Source: an uncultured virus (IMG/VR IMGVR_UViG_3300030328_001585) (Duplodnaviria > Heunggongvirae > Uroviricota > Caudoviricetes). From it: a stretch of 53,954 nucleotides of DNA. Shown in pieces: positions 19,101 through 27,115 of the stretch. Positions within the stretch are counted from its first letter, which is position 1. The number at the start of each line of letters is the position of its first letter. The notes beneath the pieces were generated by a model. The model was not told the DNA's origin, did no database searches, and worked only from the letters and a program-made list of their open reading frames with translations. Both the position numbers and the translations under genes were made by a program. The stretch is from the IMG/VR virus record IMGVR_UViG_3300030328_001585. One strand, given 5' to 3'.

Positions 19101-22100
19101 GCAAAGTTGTTTTGAGCTAGCTGTAATGTCTCCTCTTTAGTCATCTGACCTTTTAAGTTCTCAGGAACATATATTGTATTCAAAGCTTGCTCTCTTGTCA
19201 TATTACGTGGATCTATCTCTGTACCTTGAGGATCATACATAACAAAACTTTCATTAGGCATAAATGCAAAATAGTTTTCTGGTGAGTTTGCAGTATCATA
19301 ACCTGCAGCTTGCAGTGCTAAATTAACTCTAGCTTGAACTTCTGGATCAGCTATTCTAATCCCAATTTGGTATCTACTCCTCCTACTTCTTATATAAGGA
19401 TTAGGTTCACTATATGTTTTACCGTCTTTTCCTCTTATAGCATAATATGGTCCTAATGTTCCACCCTCTGGATCTAGAGTTGCAACCAACTCTAATTGAG
19501 ACAGCTCTATTGGACTTAATAATGATATGATTAAATTATATCTATTAGCTGCTGCTTCTCTACTTTCATTTTCATTTTTAAATGGATAAGGAGTAATAGG
19601 TTCATTAATATTGATTCTGGTAACATCTGCAGGTAGCATTTCAAACTTCATTTCTTGTAAAGAAAAACTACCTTTAAGTTGTCCTGGCTGAAGTTTAATT
19701 ACAAACTGTTCTCTTTCTTTCACATTAGCAGAATTCTTATCTGCTTCTATTATTCTTAAATAACCACCAGCAACTGATGCAGGTGTACTTAATACTATAT
19801 ATTTTGTTCCCTTCTCATCTTTTTTAAATAATAGCTCTCCTTGATGAAGCTCCATATCATCAAATATAAATGTAGCAGTGTTAGGTGCAGTAGCTTCAAT
19901 ATCTTTAAGAGCTGCTACTGCTTCATTTGCTGAAGTATATGCACCAAATTTTGACCCTATCATTTCTAATAGCTTAGGTGAAAGTGGTTTACCTTGGCTG
20001 TCTACTAATTTATATAAAAATGTGTCTTCTCCTGTTTCTCTATCTTTAGTAGTTACACGCAAAACATTAGCAAGAACTCCCCTTTTAAATACAATGGTTT
20101 TTGCCTTACCTTCTAATTTGCTTCCTTCATCTCCAACCTCTACTTCTCTCTCTATAATATCAGATATTTTTAAACCTGCTTGATCTAAAATTCTTTTTAT
20201 TATTGCACTTTCTATAACCTCTCTTTGTGTAAACCACTCTTTAAATCCTTTCTCTGAATTAACATCTTCTTTAGATATTTCTATATTTACAGGGTTTCCT
20301 TTAGAATCAGCTGTAGGTATAATACCTGATGCCCACACTTTCTTTAAACTATTAAATGTATTTTTAAAGTTAAGACCTTCTCTACTATTTCTCCATTCTG
20401 GAAATAACATTATGTTTTCTCCTAATGTAGCTGCCGTAGCTTTATATTTTCTATATTGTCTTTCTAACAACTCATTTAACATAGGAGTATTGTTAGGATT
20501 TTCTAACACTACATTTATATTAGATTCATCTAAGATGTCTTGTTGGTCTGTTCTGGTTTCTTCAGCAACCTCACTGTCTTTTTTCTCCTCTGTTTTTGTT
20601 TCTTCAGTAGTTGTTTGTGTAGCCCCTTTATATGTTTCAAGTAACCTTTGAATTTGTTCATATTTTACTGTATGAATATTTTTAGATACAACACCTTCTT
20701 CTGTAAAGAATGTTTTTAAAACGTCTACATTTCCTGTTTGTAAGAATTCTTTAGTTTGTTGTGGCTCAGCATAAACACCAATAGCTGCTAGTTGATTCAT
20801 TAATTGATTAGCTTCAACTATATCTATATAGGTCTTTATGCTATCTTCAAAATTCTTTTTTAAATTTTTATAGTACTCTTGATTAATAGCAATTTGTCTA
20901 TCTGCTATTTCATTTAATCTCTCTGGATTAACTAAATACTCTATAGCTTTGTCATATACTTTAGCTCTATCTTTTAATGCGTAGTAGTCTACTAAATTCT
21001 GTAAAGCGTCATCTATCTTATCTTTATCAACAAAAGAACCTTCAGTGGATGCTAGGTATCTAACATAGTTTCTAAACTCTGCTCTCAGCTTTCCTTTTTT
21101 TCTTCTATCAAATGTTCCTTTTTTTGTTAAATTTTTTGTATCAGTTAGAAGTGTTTTAAGGGCAGTCAACCTTTTTATTTTTTCTTTTTTGATTTTATTT
21201 GCTTCATCTATTCCTTTATCAGCACCTTCAGTAATGATTATTTCTTGGAATAGTTGTTTTATTTCTTGATCAATAGAGTCTATACTTCCTAATACTGAAA
21301 TGTCTTTAGCTGCCATTTTTTCAAACAGTGCCTCATTAGATAATGTTTTATATATAGAATTAGATCTCTCTACAGCCCTATCAAAACCATCTTTAGTAAA
21401 TAGATATAAATATGTAGCATGATCATAAGCAGCTTCTTTTAATGCTTCTTGTGCATAGGCATTAGTTCCTTTTTCATACTGTTCTCTATCATATGGATTT
21501 TGAAATTTATCTTTAGCATTTCTATAAGTATCTTGTGTTTTATCAATCTGATTAACCAAGTCTTGTAAACGCCCTCTTATCTTTCCATTTTTTATATCTT
21601 TTGCTTCACTTGGAAAAGCCTGTGCTAATTCTTCATCACTAAGTTTTGTATAATCTACCAACTGCTCTCTAAAATAATTAGAGGAGCCTGTTTGAAAGAT
21701 AGTATACATTTGTTGGAATTTACCAAAATCTTTAGCATCAATAAATCCAAACATATCTCCATCATATGCATTTTGTTTCATTGCATCTGCAACTTGTTTC
21801 TGCACTAAGAAGTTAAACTTATTAGGGTCAAATAGAGAAGAAGGATCATCTACTTGATTGTTCCAAGCTTTATTGTGTACTTCTACCAACTTATTTACCA
21901 AGTCTTCTTTATTGTTTTGATATTCTTGATATTTGTTCTGCATTGCCTCAGAACCATAGTTTCCTTTAGCATAGTCATATATAGCTGGCACACCTTGGAA
22001 AAATAATTTTTGTGGTCCTTGCACAAGTCCACCCATTAAGAACCCAGACATAAATACACTAAAACCTTCTGCACTAAGTTGATCTCCCATACCAGATAAA

Positions 22101-23782
22101 ATCATCTGATTTCTAAGATCAATACCACCAGCCATAGGATCTTTTAAAACAGTTGTAAAGTATCCTGTTGTTGCTGCTGATACAGCTTCTTGAGATACTT
22201 CTTGTAGACCTTCTGCAATATTAGCTGAAAAATATCTAAGTGTACCCATAGCAGCCATTCCTGCATTTCCTTTAATTCCTCCTGCTTTTAGTTTATTTAA
22301 CCAACCTTTAAATCCTTTACCAGCATCAGAAAACACATCTCTGTTTAGTTTACCTGCTGCACTCTTTGTTGCTTTTGATTTTATTATTCTACCTCCTATC
22401 CCTCTTCTGAAAGTATCATTCATCATTCTTCCTAGAGATCTATTAAAACCTCCAAGAGCATTTCCTAATACAAACCAGTTACTTGCATATATAATAGGAG
22501 CATTAGCCATTTGAGTATAGAACCCTCCTTTGGAAGCCTTCTCTTGAATCCTTGTCATTTCTTCTGGGGTAACTACATCAGCACCCTTCTTGTTGTATAT
22601 ATCAACACCTTCTCTAATAAGGTTATTATATACCATACCTGCTTCCATTTTAGATTCAGCCATTGCATAGTTAACCATTCTTAAATCTCTATAGAATCCA
22701 CCAAAACCAGCTCTCATCTTAGCAAGGTTTACAGCATTCTGAGTTGCATTCTTAGCAGTTTTTAGATTTCTTAAACCATACATAGTATTAGGAATAAACA
22801 TCTGCCCCACAACCTTACCTCCTGTTTGAGCAGCTGTATAGAAGTCCTTAGCATAGTCAGCATTTTTTAATGTGTTGAATATGTTTCTACTAGTAGATGC
22901 AAATCTAGAAACATTAAAGAAATTCTTAATTGCATGACCCGCTCTACCCACATTTACAGCTGTTCTACTAACTAAAGCTGCATCTGCCACAGGATTAAGA
23001 CCACCCTGTAATGCAGCTATACCAGCTAAAGCTAATTCTTCTACAGCAATAGAACTTAATATACCTACAGTATAAGCACTGTTTAATAAGAAGTTGTTTG
23101 TCCAAGCCATACCTCCACCTCTAGTAGAGTTACCAATAGCCATTGCATCTTCAAATTCTAATGCTGAATCTAAATCAGGACTACTCCAATAACTGTCCCC
23201 ATCAAACCAATCTCCAATAGATCTGTATACACTAGTAAACCCTGAGCCAGCTAGACTGGTGTACTGACTACTCATTCTTGCCATATCATCCCATATAGTA
23301 GAATTAGCATTATAATATTCTTCCATATTTGCATATGGTGTAAATCCTAAATTAGCAAAATCAGGATGTTCATAATATCTCATAAAGTTAGAAGCCCTCA
23401 TTCCTGCAAATCTTGGAGCAACTTGATCTTGGGAAGGTCCTTTTGATTGTACCTTTAAAGCATCCTTTATTCGTGAATAAGTGTTATCAGGAGGGTTTTG
23501 TTGAGCAACTGGATCATAAGTATCTGTAGCAAATGAAGGGTTTGCTACACCTAAACTTGCCATAGCATTAATCCCATATTTATCTATATCAGCTTTATAA
23601 TAATCTATTCTGGCTACAGAATCAGGATCTGTAGCAATAGCATCTGCCAACTCTGTCTCAGAGTTTTCAAACATTTCTGTGACAGGTACAAAATTAAATT
23701 GACCTGAAGGTATTATACTACTTGCAGGTCTTTGATTATCATTTATTACTTGATCTAATGATTTATCAGATTGGTTCTCCAT
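10172..23782 (-). CDS. Giant virion RNA polymerase (crAss-like, two-barrel type) fused to a zincin metallopeptidase domain and a ~2000-aa N-terminal region
   Basis: SGADFDIDKVF (DFDID at 13010-13024, aa 3587) preceded by VRIPSQ. DFDID is the catalytic motif of the phi14:2 gp66-type virion RNAP. YHEAFH (17438-17452, aa 2111) plus downstream EEYLADEF marks a zincin. Confidence 0.9.
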   Translation of the reverse strand: MENQSDKSLDQVINDNQRPASSIIPSGQFNFVPVTEMFENSETELADAIATDPDSVARIDYYKADIDKYGINAMASLGVANPSFATDTYDPVAQQNPPDNTYSRIKDALKVQSKGPSQDQVAPRFAGMRASNFMRYYEHPDFANLGFTPYANMEEYYNANSTIWDDMARMSSQYTSLAGSGFTSVYRSIGDWFDGDSYWSSPDLDSALEFEDAMAIGNSTRGGGMAWTNNFLLNSAYTVGILSSIAVEELALAGIAALQGGLNPVADAALVSRTAVNVGRAGHAIKNFFNVSRFASTSRNIFNTLKNADYAKDFYTAAQTGGKVVGQMFIPNTMYGLRNLKTAKNATQNAVNLAKMRAGFGGFYRDLRMVNYAMAESKMEAGMVYNNLIREGVDIYNKKGADVVTPEEMTRIQEKASKGGFYTQMANAPIIYASNWFVLGNALGGFNRSLGRMMNDTFRRGIGGRIIKSKATKSAAGKLNRDVFSDAGKGFKGWLNKLKAGGIKGNAGMAAMGTLRYFSANIAEGLQEVSQEAVSAATTGYFTTVLKDPMAGGIDLRNQMILSGMGDQLSAEGFSVFMSGFLMGGLVQGPQKLFFQGVPAIYDYAKGNYGSEAMQNKYQEYQNNKEDLVNKLVEVHNKAWNNQVDDPSSLFDPNKFNFLVQKQVADAMKQNAYDGDMFGFIDAKDFGKFQQMYTIFQTGSSNYFREQLVDYTKLSDEELAQAFPSEAKDIKNGKIRGRLQDLVNQIDKTQDTYRNAKDKFQNPYDREQYEKGTNAYAQEALKEAAYDHATYLYLFTKDGFDRAVERSNSIYKTLSNEALFEKMAAKDISVLGSIDSIDQEIKQLFQEIIITEGADKGIDEANKIKKEKIKRLTALKTLLTDTKNLTKKGTFDRRKKGKLRAEFRNYVRYLASTEGSFVDKDKIDDALQNLVDYYALKDRAKVYDKAIEYLVNPERLNEIADRQIAINQEYYKNLKKNFEDSIKTYIDIVEANQLMNQLAAIGVYAEPQQTKEFLQTGNVDVLKTFFTEEGVVSKNIHTVKYEQIQRLLETYKGATQTTTEETKTEEKKDSEVAEETRTDQQDILDESNINVVLENPNNTPMLNELLERQYRKYKATAATLGENIMLFPEWRNSREGLNFKNTFNSLKKVWASGIIPTADSKGNPVNIEISKEDVNSEKGFKEWFTQREVIESAIIKRILDQAGLKISDIIEREVEVGDEGSKLEGKAKTIVFKRGVLANVLRVTTKDRETGEDTFLYKLVDSQGKPLSPKLLEMIGSKFGAYTSANEAVAALKDIEATAPNTATFIFDDMELHQGELLFKKDEKGTKYIVLSTPASVAGGYLRIIEADKNSANVKEREQFVIKLQPGQLKGSFSLQEMKFEMLPADVTRININEPITPYPFKNENESREAAANRYNLIISLLSPIELSQLELVATLDPEGGTLGPYYAIRGKDGKTYSEPNPYIRSRRSRYQIGIRIADPEVQARVNLALQAAGYDTANSPENYFAFMPNESFVMYDPQGTEIDPRNMTREQALNTIYVPENLKGQMTKEETLQLAQNNFAINANLVSALDSMNITEATVFWLKNLPFKVDFTVSGATTAYPPGGKQEMRSLNDLMFVYADTEQNYLIFDLKNKKDGRTVQSITNLEGTEATELREKVTSGLKQQGLWDKMVNGTDRYWAAVLLPNGSYATVNLKAASFTQNEMQDLHAQLIERGQLTQKENLDKKKEAKDTGYNTEYNDGLKSRLFISTKPGYNVSLQVDPWGKIQLQLFDTQNKKQIGDTITINQKIVDDKSLSNTQKIQTLIENFNNNADIKLTGVQLGVNNFRRSFPDNVSVEEIIQDTRTAVLPQVVNQQSLRLVGDSAEIQASKDVDINTDRKVEPIAKPEPQYTIAEEAEESILDLSEAQYSDYMGKDFAEMPEEFQTHIVNKLLRGLPLHPREQEVFKIQESKINFIVATRGGAGSVAGLDEKEIKEDLIEKTPLSKAKLELESLKEKLLTGVKGKQRAKTLRESEEYQKLLQIVKDLEKTANKILPAELNAEDIEDMGVFMEWAKATLPGFISIDDITTLGNNLKKGGVRVGAFVMQMNDIAGGLKIDGTIYTGAQSPFKYHEAFHGVFRMLLTNEEIGRYRSIARREVRAKLRAEGKNFKTELQRFRNSADTYTYMTEEELKNEYYEEYLADEFQKFKVNAKSTKTDGAVKSLFTRILEWIKSMFSSKSKNELQTLFENIDAGKYKGASLIANEFTTPLQVGVSVEANALIPYASEQQETSLDEGTKIRTGYLYLDSDIADPLIRSIAAMYLSRSSALTEAYNPAAVLQDVMDDFAWLYSPSNPNNENKSDIQKTRLSEIELSFDSYSQEIVEETVKLLNLIGDQVNDQEYTVEEFEDATGLRTTSEYNKDASLIGGFNSMSSKLRTYIATTTITATDYFGNTELVEGEKLIIGVDFQEAYNGLLKAVKNIQDPKGILQSMYFFGQDNPQAGAVVNRVLQDVGISEEELLSDASLSNLKDPGLLISLIKGLENSRVDYLFNERDEAGNIRIYSASQRDDINSQLDRWNQAWISKRKLLRSDKRRKEQVRTLLEELESRLQTSKKTMTNQSLSNISKDYSERVFDLIGIKLSPLYLQFSMLQGRPLSTQKQKALVRLYAQEEALSPDDIKNLNLIIQRGDNIFATDDSGMSSRLGIMAVNNAPFDETIGASVFKNPNGDLVYAHQLPTYHLKKVQALNDLNELERLKESDPYLKNNILLNSDAFINMSAQDRVRVIRVAGSKVGRQLASEADINESITGITSTQTYGDFSPQEFALSIINNYTAFLNTKSNKVQTTEGTNKEGKPTPVALAPILIRVMEASNTGDLISLPVWKTVDFIDGQSVLTEEAVDIFVDRLRTEFERINREALAEVDNNDKIFGYNTEDGRAYKFFNNSLLLSDELQTKLEGVAVDQARQGKEISLDSALKLAKVSMTELRKQVTLNLEIQFDEFQTLVDELNIRDQISKNVSQGPVIAAGVQRKELVDSARLLNLNYDETHNLKQIFFNDWINTGAINEVLLGDQATSLSTPVDRVKRAKMQNASYYSAYTAFSAPALGVHHNVDSISLITLAEPKGQSSVTGEEIDRADAQMYITTKAFRYMWFGFGKLSPAQAALIDQVEAGQPISSDLIFGSEAAPQGLAKQQALMNSKKLVYFDGSTALKMSAFVLTPEYTSIWNEELKMWVAKPHRVKLHNLRIKLEAIEQDQETLGIAAPLSALKMKKQRINDLEQLDNANPFVEAPTTLDARFMGLQVLNPSNKLDIIDPTQIKEIATSEQDDSVFVEALGLNVGQIREAYNNAVSQRVVLSYKNKRNLIFTLDTALDELKVSKKEGAITPNLSAFLNYATQGLKASQASSNLLEFFSSTNGVQNYNLNNPITIRKFEQLFLSYFSKGVLAERAPGLGLTLVSDYGNSVYRRVYEVDANGIPVRSEIIREKVWMEEGNPEDLVALDTLTRNNIPAEGVVVLDKLRHGVMEYDSKGNPTGQRYTEVILPSHFKSVMDLIENTNAAIPAVVAKMFGVRIPSQDNHSAVSMKMVDFLPVYYGSTAMFAEEIVEISGADFDIDKVFALIKEFYVEKGEFIEYGTGNAYDEYIRYINDKVNVSGTVYAEALGLYKNGDLAANISNSLTDSEQEIVSDAGLSENGLKALQILGLPITKLQFDQYEAKHGTPFEASLNNKILDYRYALISHTGVTESKEGVPISYQPANTEALTSVLAELASQSPEFAKRIEEGDVDVDNMSGKIKAFKANKGASIGAIVLPNLYLSLLTEYQIKLYNKNRLNVNGKWYGNYGVTKIGTRRKQDILSALITMATDNAKDRLVAKLGLNRHAVGLVANLIALGVPLKTSLLLINNPSIQSDYLTALNKNSKLDPGINKLISNRMSSLVARNKDKLKLVKVTDALLMDAIDNPEDVSDQELYSILDLFSKASTIKDFTQKMGAVTSLSKSLGKDVAEVKSKYQSMTELFAEDVPMDLSPIYRGKTWQNTYLKIFTQITNDLLPATFLTASERFSNMLEPVINSMDTNNVSFTEEVRANIRLDLLSYLTIKAYQKNQLDNDSQKVATLNNNFLYPTDYESVTDVVDRLRLTEGGQDNFFLDNFVILERANEIDNSSGLNLANANTFRKLSPSQKVDLQNDFAKLYGSLETKNDVMSILNYIMVKDGLQLKYMSLLEAVSPFILSSYLDQINSVEKALRAGSATFESVFGMSFVELQSEFKDGYLASNINGAKLVTYEISPLASLPKEVKWNRKEKTASIAYSSNATAKEFFRIGVSSIDGITKYHTFKARDLTQSNNKAMVYDEIEPMGSNQQWGGGFMFGDRASYQQVRTYVKNKNAGNNVQSASIEQEISNMTFDGANAIQEDILKNESSIINANEKEVNVKMDVDGNSVNISNLEGIMGEILANEGAETNTEMEANVIENNDQSAPEMTKEEEQLSSDLEFDLADQYDYITEQYDELIKENANKLILMQNNLFPLSNMIEEYNSRLTKDSKLSSEDNQKEFIDDIRRCLLK

Positions 23783-23789
23783 TTTAATC

Positions 23790-26700
23790 CTATTTTTCTC
23801 CGTTTACTGCTACATCTTTTTGAGCTGCTAATCTATTCTCCTCTCTTTTCATTTCAAAAGATTGATGAAGTTGCTGAATAGCTCTATCTAATCCTTCTAA
23901 TCCAAAAGACATATCTATTGGTAGAGTATTTTCTTCTATTGTATAAGTTCCTCCTGGAACATATGTTCTTACTNNNNNNNNNNATTGACCATTACCCACT
24001 TTAATAACTCTATAATTTGCAGTAGGCTCTACTCCATCAGGTACTGTATAATCTGCATATCCATTACCGGCTGCTGATATATCAGTTTCTACAAAAGAAT
24101 AATATTGTCTTTCTGAACCTTTAGGATTTATATCCTCTGTTTGTGGAAATAAAAATACTATTCCACCATCTGTTATCTCATCTTTATCACTTGGGTTCCC
24201 TTGTAATCTTAATATTTCACTCTTCTTAAGAGAACCAAATTCTACACTTGTTCCTGAACTACTACCTTTTGCTTTTGAAGCCAACCAATCAGCATTAAAA
24301 ATAAGCTGATAACCTGCTGTAGTTTTGTCTCCTGTTTCTGATGGTCCATAACTTGGTCTATATATAATTTGAGCTCTTGGTGCTACATTAGCTGACGTAC
24401 CTGATTTTGGAGGGTTAGTCATCCATGTAGCTAAATCTGCTTTATACATATTATAAACTCTCAATGCTAATGGATCTTTTACTAATAAATTTTCTATATC
24501 TTCTACATCATCTATATCTCCAGTTATCATACCAAAAGGCTTTCCTTCATTTGTCATCTTATTCATTTGTAGAATAAAATGAGCCATTTCTGCCTCTCCT
24601 ACAGGATTAGGATTCATAGGATCTATATTTCTTTCATAGCTTGGTTGTGATACTACATCAGAGAATGTTCCCCCTCTTCCAAATACATTGGCATTAAAAT
24701 CTCCAGAAGGCACATCACCTTTTACTCCTGTTAAATATTGATTTAAACCACTGTATAATCCATCATATATTATCTCTGCATCATGTTCTACAGCATCCAT
24801 ATCTATTTGGTATACACTCTTCATTTCATTTCTTTGTTCCCATCCATCTGCTGTTTTAACAGTATATGTATTTCCAGTAGGAACTTGAACTGTATGCATA
24901 TAATCACTTCTACTAGTACCATTATCCCATCCAGGTAAATCAGGATTAGTAATATCTCCAGATTGTATTTTAGATACTACTAAATCTAAATATTGTTTTT
25001 TAGTTAAAGGGATATTATCCTCTCCCATAAGTGATGGATAACCATGATCAAAAAGAGTTTTTATATCTCCATCTTGTCCTTTTACTTCTGTCTCTAAAAG
25101 ATCATAACTTTTCTTATAGTCTTCATATGTTTTAGTAATGAATTGTTCTACTCCAGCTGTCTGAGTAACAGTTCCTCCAAGTCCAAATATATTATTATAC
25201 AAGTTATCATACTGATTTCTCTGATCTTTATCTAACATAATATCTGGATTATTCAATACATTTTGTCTTGTCTGTTTAAATTCTTCAGATTTTTCATTAA
25301 ATAAATCTTGTACTAAAGCTCTGTTAGTGTACCCAGTGACAACTTGATTTTCTTCATCAACAATTGGTTCTAACAATATTTCTTTAACCTGTTGTATTGT
25401 ACCTCTAAACTCCTCTCCATTTGCTAAAGTAATTGAATAAGTCTGATCTCCAGGATTACCCTCTGATGCATTATCTCCTGTTGGATTTAATAACATCATC
25501 ATGTTAGTAATATCTTCTACTTGTCTTTGCATTAACTTATTGTCAGCTTTTAGATACTGATCTTTAGTTCTAATGATCATATCTGCATTTTGATCTGGTA
25601 AACCATCATCATCAACAGGTACATCTAATGTTCCTGCGTCACCAAAGGTTACATTATTACCTTGTAGTAAATTTGCTAAAGGATTATTTGGATCTGGTCC
25701 GTCTGCCCAAGGAAGTCTTATAAGGTTTCCATTTTGATCATATTGATAACCTTTATCAAGCATTGTATTACCATCTGCTCTGTTTGCTTTATATTCAGCT
25801 AATATGAGATCATTCTCTGCATTGGCTCTAATCTTAGCCATGTCATATTTAAATTGTTTCTCATTAACTGCAAATTTATTTTCTCTAATAGTATATTCTT
25901 GATCTCTTGCACTAAAGTTTCTTGCAGCTGTTAACATATCTTCTCCAATGTTTGCACTCATTAACATGTTGTATGCTTTATTTAAAGTACCTTGTATACT
26001 TTTTGTTGGAGTATTTCCTTCTCTATGTAGATTCATCTTTTTATCTAGTGCAGCTTGAGTTGCTTCAGTAACACTCAGATTCTCCTGCATAGCTAGATCT
26101 ATATCTGAACCAGGTATAATACCATTACTAGTTTTGTAGTTCTCCCACCTAACATTAGCACTCTCTAATTTATTAACTTCCTTGACATCTTCTTGAATTT
26201 TTTGATCATTTATTGCATTTATTCTTTTAATAGTTTCATTTGCCCATACCTCTTGGCCTTGTTCTACACTACTAAATTGACCAGCATCCATACCAGCCTT
26301 AGCAAAATCTCTTCCTGCTACAAAAGCTTGTTCATGATATGCTCTTTGTACTCTTGGATCATCCATTAAAGTACTTTGTATAACTTGTAAAGCTGCTCCA
26401 GTTACTAATCTTCCATTCTGTTCTGTAATTATAAAGTCAGTAATTGGGTTGCCCTCTTTATCTGTTCCAAAACGGTCCATCTTCATCTTTAATGGTGGAT
26501 CCATTTCACTTAAAATCTTATTGGCTAATTCAGCTAAGTCAGCATCATCAACATATTTAGGAATTTCAGCTTGTAAAGCTTTCTCTGCATCATCATTAAT
26601 AAAACTCTCCATCTTATATTGTAAACCTCTAACACCTGTTTCCCAGTATTTTTCTCTGTGTTCTTGATTTGGACTATCTAACAACCTATTAGCATAGGCC

Positions 26701-27056
26701 ATTTGCTTTCTATAGTTTGCTGTATAAACTATATCCTTTACTGTTAAGTCATCCTCATAGAAAGGTGCAAACACACTTTTAGCTGCATCTGCATTTTGTT
26801 GTAATGATAGATCCATACCAGATATTTTCTCTATCTGAGGACTTATTGTCTCTGCATATTGATCCCTTCTTTCTTTAGTATCTTCTCTTGATAAGTCTGC
26901 ATATACTACTTTATTATAAAGATCATTTGTTGCTTTAAAATTGGCATCATACTTATCAGTCTTGGTTTCCAAAACTGCAGACAGAAATTTATAATCCGGT
27001 GTAAACGGTTTAATATCTGGTAAATAAGTATCTGCTCCTTTAATGTATGTTGCCAT
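23790..27056 (-). CDS. Virion cargo/internal protein (1088 aa; spans an assembly gap)
   Basis: Long ORF starting MATYIKG..PFTPDY, directly upstream of the vRNAP gene, with a helical N-terminal half. The C-terminus is uncertain because of the Ns at 23974-23983. Confidence 0.6.
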   Translation of the reverse strand: MATYIKGADTYLPDIKPFTPDYKFLSAVLETKTDKYDANFKATNDLYNKVVYADLSREDTKERRDQYAETISPQIEKISGMDLSLQQNADAAKSVFAPFYEDDLTVKDIVYTANYRKQMAYANRLLDSPNQEHREKYWETGVRGLQYKMESFINDDAEKALQAEIPKYVDDADLAELANKILSEMDPPLKMKMDRFGTDKEGNPITDFIITEQNGRLVTGAALQVIQSTLMDDPRVQRAYHEQAFVAGRDFAKAGMDAGQFSSVEQGQEVWANETIKRINAINDQKIQEDVKEVNKLESANVRWENYKTSNGIIPGSDIDLAMQENLSVTEATQAALDKKMNLHREGNTPTKSIQGTLNKAYNMLMSANIGEDMLTAARNFSARDQEYTIRENKFAVNEKQFKYDMAKIRANAENDLILAEYKANRADGNTMLDKGYQYDQNGNLIRLPWADGPDPNNPLANLLQGNNVTFGDAGTLDVPVDDDGLPDQNADMIIRTKDQYLKADNKLMQRQVEDITNMMMLLNPTGDNASEGNPGDQTYSITLANGEEFRGTIQQVKEILLEPIVDEENQVVTGYTNRALVQDLFNEKSEEFKQTRQNVLNNPDIMLDKDQRNQYDNLYNNIFGLGGTVTQTAGVEQFITKTYEDYKKSYDLLETEVKGQDGDIKTLFDHGYPSLMGEDNIPLTKKQYLDLVVSKIQSGDITNPDLPGWDNGTSRSDYMHTVQVPTGNTYTVKTADGWEQRNEMKSVYQIDMDAVEHDAEIIYDGLYSGLNQYLTGVKGDVPSGDFNANVFGRGGTFSDVVSQPSYERNIDPMNPNPVGEAEMAHFILQMNKMTNEGKPFGMITGDIDDVEDIENLLVKDPLALRVYNMYKADLATWMTNPPKSGTSANVAPRAQIIYRPSYGPSETGDKTTAGYQLIFNADWLASKAKGSSSGTSVEFGSLKKSEILRLQGNPSDKDEITDGGIVFLFPQTEDINPKGSERQYYSFVETDISAAGNGYADYTVPDGVEPTANYRVIKVGNGQXXXXVRTYVPGGTYTIEENTLPIDMSFGLEGLDRAIQQLHQSFEMKREENRLAAQKDVAVNGEK
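23974..23983. other. Scaffold gap (10 N)
   Basis: Run of n characters in the sequence. Confidence 1.
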
Positions 27057-27060
27057 AGTT

Positions 27061-27091
27061 CAAAATTAATATAATTTAATAAGTTTACAAA
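27061..27091 (-). promoter_or_regulatory. Bacteroidota sigma-A type promoter match (TTTG-N19-TAATTTTG)
   Basis: Minus strand: TTTG at 27091-27088, a 19-nt spacer, then TAATTTTG at 27068-27061. It lies only 4 nt before the ATG at 27056. Confidence 0.4.
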
Positions 27092-27115
27092 GAGGATTAA
27101 CTAAACTCTTTAAGT

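Noticed and set aside
23974..23983. Possible frameshift or hypervariable site at the N run
   Set aside because: It is an assembly gap of placeholder length, so nothing biological can be concluded.
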